Source of the DNA: Acidimicrobiia bacterium | GTDB lineage: Bacteria > Actinomycetota > Acidimicrobiia > Spongiisociales > CAZKJJ01 | Length of the DNA stretch: 32,211 bases | Direction of reading: 5' to 3' | NCBI GenBank assembly: GCA_046759765.1 | Contig: JBHICV010000011.1 | Location: 1 to 32,211, forward strand | In this document: positions 19,096 through 27,316 of the stretch, one piece after another | Layout of the letters: every line of letters begins with the position of its first letter | How positions within the stretch are numbered: the first letter of the stretch is position 1 | The notes under the pieces: generated by a model | Databases searched by the model: none | Seen by the model: only the letters and a program-made list of their open reading frames with translations | Told to the model about the DNA's origin: nothing | Position numbers and translations under genes: made by a program

Positions 19096-19730
19096 TAGTG
19101 ATCGTGGTGCTGGCCGATGTGCCGGAAGAACTCGGCTCGGGTCTTCTCGCTCGTCTTGAAGGTGCCGAGCAAGGCGCTTGTACGCATTACCGAATTCGCC
19201 TTCTTCGCACCCCGCATCGCGACGCACATGTGGAGTGCCTCGGCCACCACTCCAATCCCTTGCGGTTCGATCAGATCGTCGAGCAGGTCGGCTACCTCGC
19301 GGGTCATCCGCTCCTGAACCTGAAGCCGGCGCGCGTACGCGTCGACCACGCGTGGGATCTTCGAGAGTCCGACGACCTTCTTGTCCGGGAGGTAGGCCAC
19401 GTGCGCTTTGCCGATGATCGGCAACAGGTGATGCTCGCAGAGGCTGTAGAAGTCGATGTCCGATACCACGACCATCTCGTCGTAGTCGACCTCGAACAGA
19501 GCGTTGTTCAGCAGCTTGACGGGATCGATCGTGTAGCCGAAGAGGAGCTCGTCGTAAGCGCGAGCTACTCGCTCGGGCGTATCTGCCAAGCCCTCGCGCG
19601 TCGGGTCCTCACCGACGGCCAGCAGCACCCTGAATACGGACCGCGCCACCTCCGTTTTGCAGTCCACATCCAACACCGGCCCATCTTCGAACTCCCAAGT
19701 AGGAAGCTCTGTAACTGCCTCGACACTCAT
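19095..19730 (-). CDS. folE: GTP cyclohydrolase I
   Basis: EGLADTPERVA, SLCEHH, GLSKIPR, RRLQVQER, HMC..MRG; GAGGTG SD. Confidence 0.95.
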   Translation of the reverse strand: MSVEAVTELPTWEFEDGPVLDVDCKTEVARSVFRVLLAVGEDPTREGLADTPERVARAYDELLFGYTIDPVKLLNNALFEVDYDEMVVVSDIDFYSLCEHHLLPIIGKAHVAYLPDKKVVGLSKIPRVVDAYARRLQVQERMTREVADLLDDLIEPQGIGVVAEALHMCVAMRGAKKANSVMRTSALLGTFKTSEKTRAEFFRHIGQHHDH

Positions 19731-19835
19731 TCCACACCTCGATCTAGGTTCTGAAGGCGGACGATAGTGCCCTCCGGGAGGCTGGTGTTGAGAGCCGACT
19801 CTAGGGCGTTAATGTCGGCTCCGGACGGGAGAGAG

Positions 19836-20138
19836 ATGGCTATCGTCGGGAAGTCCTCAGAGGTTCCGCCGGACGAGATCAAGGCGTTCGACGTCGATGG
19901 GGTTCGGATCGCGATTGCTCAGTCGGACGGCGAGTTCCATGCCTTCGACGATATGTGCACTCACGAGGAATGCTCGTTGGAGGAAGACGGCGAAATCGAC
20001 GGCACCGAGATCACGTGCCTTTGCCACTTCTCGGTGTTCGACATTCACACGGGCAAGGTGATCGAGGGACCGGCAACGGAGCCACTTCCGATCTACGGTG
20101 TGAGTGTCATCGATGACGACATCGATGTGACCATCTGA
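19836..20138 (+). CDS. Rieske [2Fe-2S] ferredoxin
   Basis: CTH-x17-CLCH, FDIHTG..GPA..PL; acidic. Start uncertain (19812 or 19836; GGGAGAG precedes 19836). Confidence 0.88.
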   Translation: MAIVGKSSEVPPDEIKAFDVDGVRIAIAQSDGEFHAFDDMCTHEECSLEEDGEIDGTEITCLCHFSVFDIHTGKVIEGPATEPLPIYGVSVIDDDIDVTI

Positions 20139-21356
20139 GTGTCAGCTCCTCTGGTCATCGTCGGTGCGAATCTCGCCGGTGGCGCGGCCGCGATAGAGCT
20201 CCGCAGGTCTGGCTACGAGGGCGAAATCGTGCTGATTGGGGAGGAGCCCGATCCTCCTTACGAGCGCCCGCCCTTGTCGAAGGAATACTTGCGAGGCGAG
20301 TCCGACTTCGATCGATCGCTCTTGCAGCCGCTCTCGTGGTACTCCGAGGCGGAGGTAGAGGTGATCCTGGGCGTCAGGGCATCCCGGCTGGATGTGGGGC
20401 AGCGAGTAGTCGAGCTGGCCAACGGGTCGCGCCTCTCATATGAGAAGGTCTTGATCGCCACCGGCGGTCGCAACCGTCGGCTGGACGTCCCAGGTGCCGA
20501 CCTCGAGAACATCTTTGACCTTCGCACCCACGTCGATGCCGATGACATTCGGAAAGCGGCTTCCGATGGCGGCAAGGCAGTGGTCGTGGGAATGGGGTTC
20601 ATCGGTGCCGAGGTGGCGGCCTCGCTGCGCCTGATAGGCGTCGAGGTGACCGCAGTCGAGATCTTCTCTGTCCCACTGGAGCGAGTCCTAGGACATGAGT
20701 TCGGTGCCGTAGCCGGACGGTTGCACGCCGATCAAGGGGTGGAAATCCTGGCCAACGACACCGTGAGCGAGTTCCGAGGCTCGAGCAGGGTGGAACAGGT
20801 CTTGACTGACTCCGGCCGGCAGATCGACGCCGACTTCGTCGTAGTGGGTGTCGGCATAGTCCCGAACACCGAGATCACCGACGGGACGGGCATTGCGGTG
20901 GACAACGGCATCGTCACGGATGAGTTGTGCCGCACGAACGTCGAGGGGGTTTATGCCGCCGGTGACGTCGCCAATCACTTTCATCCCTTGGCCGGCAGGC
21001 ACATCCGGGTCGAGCACTGGCAGAACGCGCTGCGGCAAGGTGCCGCCGCGGCGAGGAGCATGATCTCCCAAGGCGATCCGTACACCGATGTCCACTGGTT
21101 CTGGTCAGATCAATACGACCTGACCATCCAGCACGCAGGTTTTGAAGGAGAGACCGACCGACGCGTCGTTCGCGGCAGCATGGAGGATCGGGACTTCATC
21201 GCCTTTGACCTGGCTGCGGGAACGATCCGGTCGGCGGTGGCTTTCGGTAGGCAGCGGGAGCTCCGAGCGGCGATGAAGTTGATGGAAGCCCAAGCTGAGG
21301 TCGACCCGAAGGCACTCGTCGACGAGGATGTGGACCTCAGACGGCTCAAGCCATAG
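20139..21356 (+). CDS. FAD-dependent ferredoxin reductase (ONFR type)
   Basis: IVGANLAG, PYERPPLSK, ATG, VGMGFIGAEVA, YAAGDVA, RVEHW, WFWSDQYD. Confidence 0.92.
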   Translation: MSAPLVIVGANLAGGAAAIELRRSGYEGEIVLIGEEPDPPYERPPLSKEYLRGESDFDRSLLQPLSWYSEAEVEVILGVRASRLDVGQRVVELANGSRLSYEKVLIATGGRNRRLDVPGADLENIFDLRTHVDADDIRKAASDGGKAVVVGMGFIGAEVAASLRLIGVEVTAVEIFSVPLERVLGHEFGAVAGRLHADQGVEILANDTVSEFRGSSRVEQVLTDSGRQIDADFVVVGVGIVPNTEITDGTGIAVDNGIVTDELCRTNVEGVYAAGDVANHFHPLAGRHIRVEHWQNALRQGAAAARSMISQGDPYTDVHWFWSDQYDLTIQHAGFEGETDRRVVRGSMEDRDFIAFDLAAGTIRSAVAFGRQRELRAAMKLMEAQAEVDPKALVDEDVDLRRLKP

Positions 21357-21361
21357 GTTCA

Positions 21362-22057
21362 ATGCGAGCACTCTTCGTCCATCACGATCAATACTCCGGC
21401 GCCGACATCGTCGGTGACCGCCTGGTGGAGCGTGGCTGGGAGCTCGTCAACCACTACGTGGCCGTTATCGACGACCCAGTGTCGGAGATCCCGTTCCCCG
21501 ATCTCGAGGACTTCGATCTACTCGCACCGGCCGGTGCGGTCTGGTCGGTGTACGACGAAGAGACGATCGGTAGCTGGATCAATCGGGAGCTCGAATTGAT
21601 ACGCGCCGCCCAAGCCAAGGACATTCCCGTCTTTGGTATCTGCTTTGGTGCCCAAGCGCTGGCCAAGGCTCTCGGCGGCGATGTCTTTCCGGCGCCCGAG
21701 ATAGAGGTGGGCTGGCATCAGATCTCGACCGATCTGCCGGAGATGATCGCCCCAGGGCCATGGTTCCAGTGGCATGAGGACACCTTCTCGCTGCCGAGCG
21801 GCGCCGTCGAGCTCGCCCGAAACGACAACGGCAGCCAGGCCTACGGAGTCGGGCGAAACTTCGCCATCCAGTTTCATCCGGAAGTGACCGCTGACAGGGT
21901 CGAACAGTGGATCGAAGTGGGCGGACACCGGATGCTGAAGCGGCTCGGCATCGATCGGGACGATCTCGTGCGAGAGAGCAAGGCAAGCGAGCCAGAGGCG
22001 AGGGCCAACACCTACCGGATGGTCGATTGGTTCCTGGACGAGGTGGCGCGCTTCTAG
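21362..22057 (+). CDS. Type 1 glutamine amidotransferase-like protein
   Basis: GICFGAQ nucleophile elbow, EVGW, QWHEDTF, QFHPE (Cys-His-Glu triad intact). Confidence 0.9.
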   Translation: MRALFVHHDQYSGADIVGDRLVERGWELVNHYVAVIDDPVSEIPFPDLEDFDLLAPAGAVWSVYDEETIGSWINRELELIRAAQAKDIPVFGICFGAQALAKALGGDVFPAPEIEVGWHQISTDLPEMIAPGPWFQWHEDTFSLPSGAVELARNDNGSQAYGVGRNFAIQFHPEVTADRVEQWIEVGGHRMLKRLGIDRDDLVRESKASEPEARANTYRMVDWFLDEVARF

Positions 22058-23197
22058 TCAGCCCCAGAGCTTCTTGGCGACTCTTCCCACGGCGGCCAGC
22101 TTCTGCCACTGCACATCCTCCGTGATCTGGTTGCCTTCCACCACCGAGGCGAAGCCGCATTGGGGCGAGATAGCGAGCTGATCCCAGGGCAGGTACTGAG
22201 CGGCCACCTCCATGCGACTGAGAAGCTCCGTGTCCGGCTCGACATCGGCGTGCTTGGTGCTCACCACACCCATCACAACCATACGATTCCGGGACGCGAA
22301 CCGGATGGGTGAGTAGTCGCCCATGCGCCCTTGATCGTCCCACTCCACGAGAAACACGTCATAGGGCAGCTCGGCGAAGATACGTTCGGCCAGGGGCTGG
22401 AGCGATCCCTCACACAAGTAACTCGACCGGTAGTTCCCCCGACAGATGTGCAGCGCGAGGGTCACGTACTCGGGGATTCCGGCCAGCACCGCACGGTCGG
22501 CCTCGACCGCCTCGTCGAGGACCTCGTGCAGGTCAAAGCCTGCCCGTGTCATGCGCTCCCGCCAGCGCTCGTCCACCAGGAACGGATAGATCGGGAAGTC
22601 GAACTGGATATAGCGAGCACCCGCGGCGATGGCATCGGCCACGAGCTCTCGTTCGATGGCGACCGCGTGGTCGGTGAGCTCTTGCCGGGAGCCGTAGACG
22701 TGGTCGTTGACGCCCGGCTTCCAGGTGTACGGGTTGGAGAAGATCGACCCGGCGGGAAAGGTGACCTTGAACGGGTGGGCGGTGATCCCCTTCAGGTAGG
22801 CGACCTCTCGTGCAGCCGGGCTGTCGACTCTGCGGAGCCGATCAAGCACCTTGTGGACATGCCAGACGACGGTCTCGCCCCGGTCGTTTCGAAACTCGAG
22901 CGGGTTCGATTCGGTCGAGAAGCCGTCCACTGCGTCCCAAAACGAATTGAGGAACATATATCGCCGGAACTCTCCGTCGGACACCACGTCCAGTCCTGCG
23001 TCGATCTGACGGGTGACAACCTCCGCAATCGCCGCGTCCTCGAGGCGTCGAAGATCGGAGTGGTCCTTTTGCCTTTCGTCTTGGAGAACCGCCCGATGCT
23101 CGGGTTCATAGAACCGTTCCACGGCTCTCTTCAGTCCGGGTGGTCGGAGCAGACTGCCGACGACCTCGGCCCGAGCGGGGCGACGGGCTTCGGTCAT
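22058..23197 (-). CDS. Cobalamin-independent methionine synthase II family (single-barrel, Zn) protein
   Basis: VGSLLRP, SDGEFRR, QFDFP, HICRGNY, E, SPQCGFAS. Start moved to the ATG 23197 (ATGA overlap with the upstream gene). Confidence 0.87.
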   Translation of the reverse strand: MTEARRPARAEVVGSLLRPPGLKRAVERFYEPEHRAVLQDERQKDHSDLRRLEDAAIAEVVTRQIDAGLDVVSDGEFRRYMFLNSFWDAVDGFSTESNPLEFRNDRGETVVWHVHKVLDRLRRVDSPAAREVAYLKGITAHPFKVTFPAGSIFSNPYTWKPGVNDHVYGSRQELTDHAVAIERELVADAIAAGARYIQFDFPIYPFLVDERWRERMTRAGFDLHEVLDEAVEADRAVLAGIPEYVTLALHICRGNYRSSYLCEGSLQPLAERIFAELPYDVFLVEWDDQGRMGDYSPIRFASRNRMVVMGVVSTKHADVEPDTELLSRMEVAAQYLPWDQLAISPQCGFASVVEGNQITEDVQWQKLAAVGRVAKKLWG

Positions 23198-23931
23198 TTG
23201 TCCCGTCGGTACCGTCCGGCCTCGCCAATCAGACTCTTGAACAACGGTCCTTCCTCCTCGAAGGCCCACCGCTCCGGGTGCCACTGCACGCCGAGCGCAT
23301 ACCACTCGCCGTTGTATTCCAGAGCTTCGATGGCGCCGTCGGGTGCCCGAGCCACGACCGTGAGGCTCTCGGGGACCTTCGCGGGCGCCTGATGGTGGAT
23401 CGTGTTGACGAGGCGCTGCTCGACTCCGTATAGCTGGGCCAACCGACTTCCGGGCGTGATCTGCACGGAGTGCGAGGCGTCCCGCAGTTCGTCGGGAGTT
23501 CCCTCGACTGGCCGATGGACGCCCTCGGGATCCGTGATGTCCTGGGACAGCGTCCCGCCGAAGGCGACGTTCATGACCTGCATTCCACGGCAGACCCCGA
23601 GCAGCGGCATGCCGCGTTCCTGGGCTCCGCGGACGAGAGCCATCTCCCACGCGTCGACGTCTGAGTCGGGGTTAACGCTTTGTCCCTCGTTCTCTTCCCC
23701 GTAGTGGGCAGGATCCATGTCACCGCCGCCGCTGATGATCAGGCCCTCGAGGTCGTCGAGGACCTCATCCGCGTCCTCCGGATGGAGAGGAGGGATAAGC
23801 ACCGGACGCCCTCCCGCCGCCCTGATCGGCCGGATGTAGTCGTCCGAGAGGGCATGCATGATCTCGGGCTGCCCCAGGGAGGTCTCCAGGGGGCGCTTCC
23901 AGACCGACACACCGATGCGAGGCTTGCTCAT
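23194..23931 (-). CDS. Gamma-glutamyl-gamma-aminobutyrate hydrolase family (peptidase C26, PuuD-like)
   Basis: KPRIGV, SGGGDMDP..YG, GVCRGMQVMNVAFGGTL.QDI, VNTIHHQ, GVQWHPE. Start moved to the ATG 23931 because the longer ORF reads through a DNA repeat. Confidence 0.9.
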   Translation of the reverse strand: MSKPRIGVSVWKRPLETSLGQPEIMHALSDDYIRPIRAAGGRPVLIPPLHPEDADEVLDDLEGLIISGGGDMDPAHYGEENEGQSVNPDSDVDAWEMALVRGAQERGMPLLGVCRGMQVMNVAFGGTLSQDITDPEGVHRPVEGTPDELRDASHSVQITPGSRLAQLYGVEQRLVNTIHHQAPAKVPESLTVVARAPDGAIEALEYNGEWYALGVQWHPERWAFEEEGPLFKSLIGEAGRYRRDK

Positions 23932-23951
23932 CTCGGTCGAGGTTACCCCCC

Positions 23952-24060
23952 GTTTTTGTGACGCCAACTCACCCATATGGTGGATTGCCGTCACCAAAAC
24001 ACGGGCCATCCGTTCTTGTGACGCCAGCTCACCCATATGGTGGATTGCCGTCACCAAAAC
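23952..24060. repeat. Doublet of 49-bp palindromic REP-like units (23952-24000, 24012-24060), 60-bp period
   Basis: GTT(T/C)TTGTGACGCCA(A/G)CTCACCCATATGGTGGATTGCCGTCACCAAAAC twice (2 differences); same family as 9340-9448. Confidence 0.92.
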
Positions 24061-24068
24061 GGAAGTGT

Positions 24069-24917
24069 TCAGCCCTTCTTGGGCGGCCGGATCCCTCGGA
24101 ACTCCCAATCTCCGCCCAGGGCGGTGGACACGACCTCCTCGGATTCGGTCGGTTGAGCTCCGACGTCGTCCCGGATGGGCTCGGGACCCTCGACGATGAG
24201 GTTGGTCAAAGCAGCGAGACCTTCCACTTCGACGGTCACGACGTCTCCGGGCTCGACCGGCCTCGAGTTGGCGGGCGTCCCCGAGAAGATGACGTCACCG
24301 GGCAGGAGCGTGAGGTTGCGCGCCAGGTCCGCCACCAGATAGCCCATGTCCCAGCGCATCTCCGAGGTCGAGGCCTCCTGGCGGACCTCATCGTTTACGA
24401 GGGTGCGGATCCGCCGGTCGCGAGAGTCCCAGTCGGTGACCAGGGCGGGGCCGATCGGACATAGCGTGTCCGATCCCTTCACCCGGAGCATCGAGCCTGC
24501 ATCGGTATCCCGAAAGTCGTGAAGGCCGAAGTCGTTTCCGATCGTGTAGCCCCCGATGTATTCACCGGCCTCTTTGGGTGCGATATTGCGGCAGGTCTTG
24601 CCGATCACGATGACGATCTCACCCTCGTAGTTGAGGTAGCGGCACCCCCGTGGGCGGACTACCGCGCCGCGGTGTGAGTTGAGCGATGTCGTCGGCTTCT
24701 GGAAGTAGGTGGGTGTTGGCGGAAGCTCGATCCCGAACTCTCGCACCCGGCTCTCGTAGTTGAGGTGACAGCAGATGATCTTCGACGGTTCGACGGGCGG
24801 CAGATAGACCGCCTCGGTCTCCGTGACCCGGCGACCGTCGGCCGCGACCAGCTCCTCTCCCTCTCGGGCTACCTGAGTCGGGATGCCGTCGAGCAGTATC
24901 CGCCGAATCTCGGCCAT
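24069..24917 (-). CDS. Fumarylacetoacetate hydrolase family protein
   Basis: PSKII, FQKP, NYEGE, GYTIGND, KGSDTLCPIGP, LLPGDVIFSGTP. Confidence 0.92.
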   Translation of the reverse strand: MAEIRRILLDGIPTQVAREGEELVAADGRRVTETEAVYLPPVEPSKIICCHLNYESRVREFGIELPPTPTYFQKPTTSLNSHRGAVVRPRGCRYLNYEGEIVIVIGKTCRNIAPKEAGEYIGGYTIGNDFGLHDFRDTDAGSMLRVKGSDTLCPIGPALVTDWDSRDRRIRTLVNDEVRQEASTSEMRWDMGYLVADLARNLTLLPGDVIFSGTPANSRPVEPGDVVTVEVEGLAALTNLIVEGPEPIRDDVGAQPTESEEVVSTALGGDWEFRGIRPPKKG

Positions 24918-24961
24918 CCGGACACGATACCTGGGAACCGGATCCCCCTACGCTGAGACGG
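24918..24961. promoter_or_regulatory. Compact divergent promoter region with two -10-like hexamers, probably driving leaderless mRNAs
   Basis: Minus-strand TATCGT (24929-24924) 6 nt before ATG 24917; plus-strand TACGCT (24949-24954) 7 nt before ATG 24962; no clear SD on either side. Confidence 0.55.
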
Positions 24962-26404
24962 ATGGCCGGTTCTGCCTTCGACATCGCCGTGGTGGGCTTT
25001 GGTCCCGTTGGTGCCACCCTCGCCAACCTCCTGGGGGTCAGAGGCCTCGACGTGGTCGTGTTCGACCGCGACGAGGAGATCTACCCGCTGCCTCGGGCAT
25101 GCCATCTGGACGACACATCCCTGCGCGTGCTCCAGTCGGCCGGACTGGCGGAGCCGGTACTCGCCCAGTCCGTTCCGTCTCTGGGTATGGACATGCTCGA
25201 TCGACGGGGGCGTTCTTTCCTTACGTTTGCCGCCGATCACGATTCGAACCTCTTCGGCTATCCGACCAGCGTTCTCTTCTGGCAGCCGAGCTTCGAGGAA
25301 ACCCTGCGGGCGGGCGCGGCCCAGCACTCGACGGTCGATATTCGTCTCGGGTCCGAGGTCGTCGGACTGACACAGATCGAGGCCGGATGGACGCTGGAAA
25401 CCGTCGACTTGGCCGGGACCCACCGCGAATACAACGCTCGCTTTGTCGTCGGATGTGACGGTGCCAGGAGCTTCACCCGCAGCCGAATGGAAGTTGGATT
25501 GGTGGACTTCGAGTTCGATCAGAACTGGCTCGTAGTGGATGTTGCGCTCACCGGTGACGCCCAGCTCCCGGACCGCATCGTTCAGTACTGCGATCCGAAC
25601 CGGCCGGCCACTTTTGTTCCCCTTCCCGAGCCTTATCGACGCTGGGAGCTAATGGCGCTGCCTGGCGAGGATCTGGTCGAAATGGAGCGACCTGAGACCG
25701 TACGAGGTCTCTTGGAGCCGTGGCTGGCAGCAGACAGCTATGAGCTAGTCCGGCACGCGGTTTACCGATTCCACGGCTTGGTGGCCGATCGGTGGCACCG
25801 CCGCGGTCTGTTCATCGCCGGAGATGCCGCCCACCAGATGCCCCCGTTCCTCGGTCAGGGGATGTGTTCGGGGATGCGCGACGCGGCCAATCTGGCCTGG
25901 AAGCTCGACTTTGTGATCCAGGGACGGGCGGCCTCGCCGCTCCTTGCCAGCTACGAGGCGGAACGAGCGCCGCACGTTGCGCGGCTCTGTGAACGCACTA
26001 TCGAGATCGGCAACATGATTCAGGTCACAGAGGAGCAGGCGGCTCAGGAGGAGATCCTGGCGCGGCGTGTCGTGCGCGGCGACAGCGGAGCCGCGCCGCT
26101 GAAGTCGGGTCTGATCGAGGACGAATCGCAGGGAGCCGGCGAGCTATTTCCGCAGCCCCAACTGGACGGGGCTCTGCTGGACGAGGCTCTCGGCGGTGGC
26201 TTCTCGGTCGTTGCTTCCGGCGACTTGGACGCCCCACCCATGGACCTCCCCTTGGTCCGAGATAACTCACTGACGTCTTGGTTTGCTAACCGGCATGCCG
26301 ACTTCGCCATTGTGCGGCCCGACCGCTATGTCTTCACTACCGGCCGCCAGGCGGATCTCGAGGCGGTTGTGAAGCGGCTGGACGCCCGTCTGGCAGGTGG
26401 ATGA
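24962..26404 (+). CDS. FAD-dependent aromatic hydroxylase, MhpA-like
   Basis: VGFGPVG, PRA, QPSFEETLR, VGCDGARS, RRWE, AGDAAHQMPPFLGQGMCSGMRDAANLAWKL, VRPDRY. Confidence 0.88.
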   Translation: MAGSAFDIAVVGFGPVGATLANLLGVRGLDVVVFDRDEEIYPLPRACHLDDTSLRVLQSAGLAEPVLAQSVPSLGMDMLDRRGRSFLTFAADHDSNLFGYPTSVLFWQPSFEETLRAGAAQHSTVDIRLGSEVVGLTQIEAGWTLETVDLAGTHREYNARFVVGCDGARSFTRSRMEVGLVDFEFDQNWLVVDVALTGDAQLPDRIVQYCDPNRPATFVPLPEPYRRWELMALPGEDLVEMERPETVRGLLEPWLAADSYELVRHAVYRFHGLVADRWHRRGLFIAGDAAHQMPPFLGQGMCSGMRDAANLAWKLDFVIQGRAASPLLASYEAERAPHVARLCERTIEIGNMIQVTEEQAAQEEILARRVVRGDSGAAPLKSGLIEDESQGAGELFPQPQLDGALLDEALGGGFSVVASGDLDAPPMDLPLVRDNSLTSWFANRHADFAIVRPDRYVFTTGRQADLEAVVKRLDARLAGG

Positions 26405-26428
26405 TCGCGTTAGGTATTGTCGCTCGCT

Positions 26429-27286
26429 ATGCGACTTGCGAACGTAGATGGCCGGGCAAGCCTGATCACCGACGGGAAGGTGCTGGACGTCGAGCAAGCC
26501 AGCGGAGGCGTTCTGGGCCCGGATCCGATGGTCCTCTCGTCCTTGGAGCATCACGACGCTCTGAGGGTGCTGATCGAGACTGGCGATCCCGAAGGACTAC
26601 CTCCCCTCGAGGAAGCCTCGCTGGGACCTCCCGTCCCGAGACCAACGAAGATCGTTGCGATCGCGCTCAACTATCGGTCCCACGCCGAGGACTTCGAGAT
26701 ACCGATTCCGGACGAGCCTCATCTGTTCGCCAAGTTTCCCAGCTGCGTTACAGGCCCACAGGGCGACATCGTGATCCCGGCTGGTCGCGAGATGGTCGAC
26801 TTCGAGGCCGAGGTGGTGCTCGTGTTGGGGAAGCGGTGCCATGGTCTGGGACCCGAGGTCGTCTGGGACCACATTGCGGGAGTGACCGGAGGTCAGGACA
26901 TCTCCGACCGGGAAGAGCAGTTCCGCCCACCTGTGAAGCAGTTCACTATGGCCAAGTCTTACGACACGTTCGGGCCGACCGGGCCGGTGATGGTGACACC
27001 AGACGAGTTCGATGATCCCAACGACATCGAGTTGGTTGGGCGGCTCGACGGCACCGAGATGCAGCGGGGGCGCACCAGCGACCTCATATTCCCGGTCCCG
27101 GAGCTCGTTTCGTGGCTCAACCGCTTCATGACATTCGAGCCCGGCGACCTGATCTTCACTGGAACCCCGTCCGGGACCGGTGAGGGCCGCCAGCCGCCGG
27201 TCTTCTTGCGCGAAGGAATGGTCCTGGAAACAGAGATCAGCGGGGTTGGCACGATGCGCAACGTCTGCGCGCGACCGGAGCCCTGA
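26429..27286 (+). CDS. Fumarylacetoacetate hydrolase family protein
   Basis: ALNYRSH, FAKFP, DFEAE, QDISDR, AKSYDTFGPTGP, PGDLIFTGTPSG; start at the ATG 26429. Confidence 0.92.
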   Translation: MRLANVDGRASLITDGKVLDVEQASGGVLGPDPMVLSSLEHHDALRVLIETGDPEGLPPLEEASLGPPVPRPTKIVAIALNYRSHAEDFEIPIPDEPHLFAKFPSCVTGPQGDIVIPAGREMVDFEAEVVLVLGKRCHGLGPEVVWDHIAGVTGGQDISDREEQFRPPVKQFTMAKSYDTFGPTGPVMVTPDEFDDPNDIELVGRLDGTEMQRGRTSDLIFPVPELVSWLNRFMTFEPGDLIFTGTPSGTGEGRQPPVFLREGMVLETEISGVGTMRNVCARPEP

Positions 27287-27316
27287 GGGCGTCTTATAGG
27301 ATTGGCACTCCGAACT

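Noticed and set aside
23198..23650. Long N-terminal extension of the MetE-like ORF (530-aa call)
   Set aside because: It is an Arg/Gly-rich alternative frame of the PuuD-like gene; the ATGA coupling at 23194-23197 marks the likely start.
23932..24108. N-terminal extension of the PuuD-like ORF containing VLVTAIHHMGELASQ twice
   Set aside because: This is read-through of the 60-bp-period DNA repeat. The family-like sequence starts at MSKPRIG (23931), and the equivalent frame in the 9400-9448 copy contains a stop.
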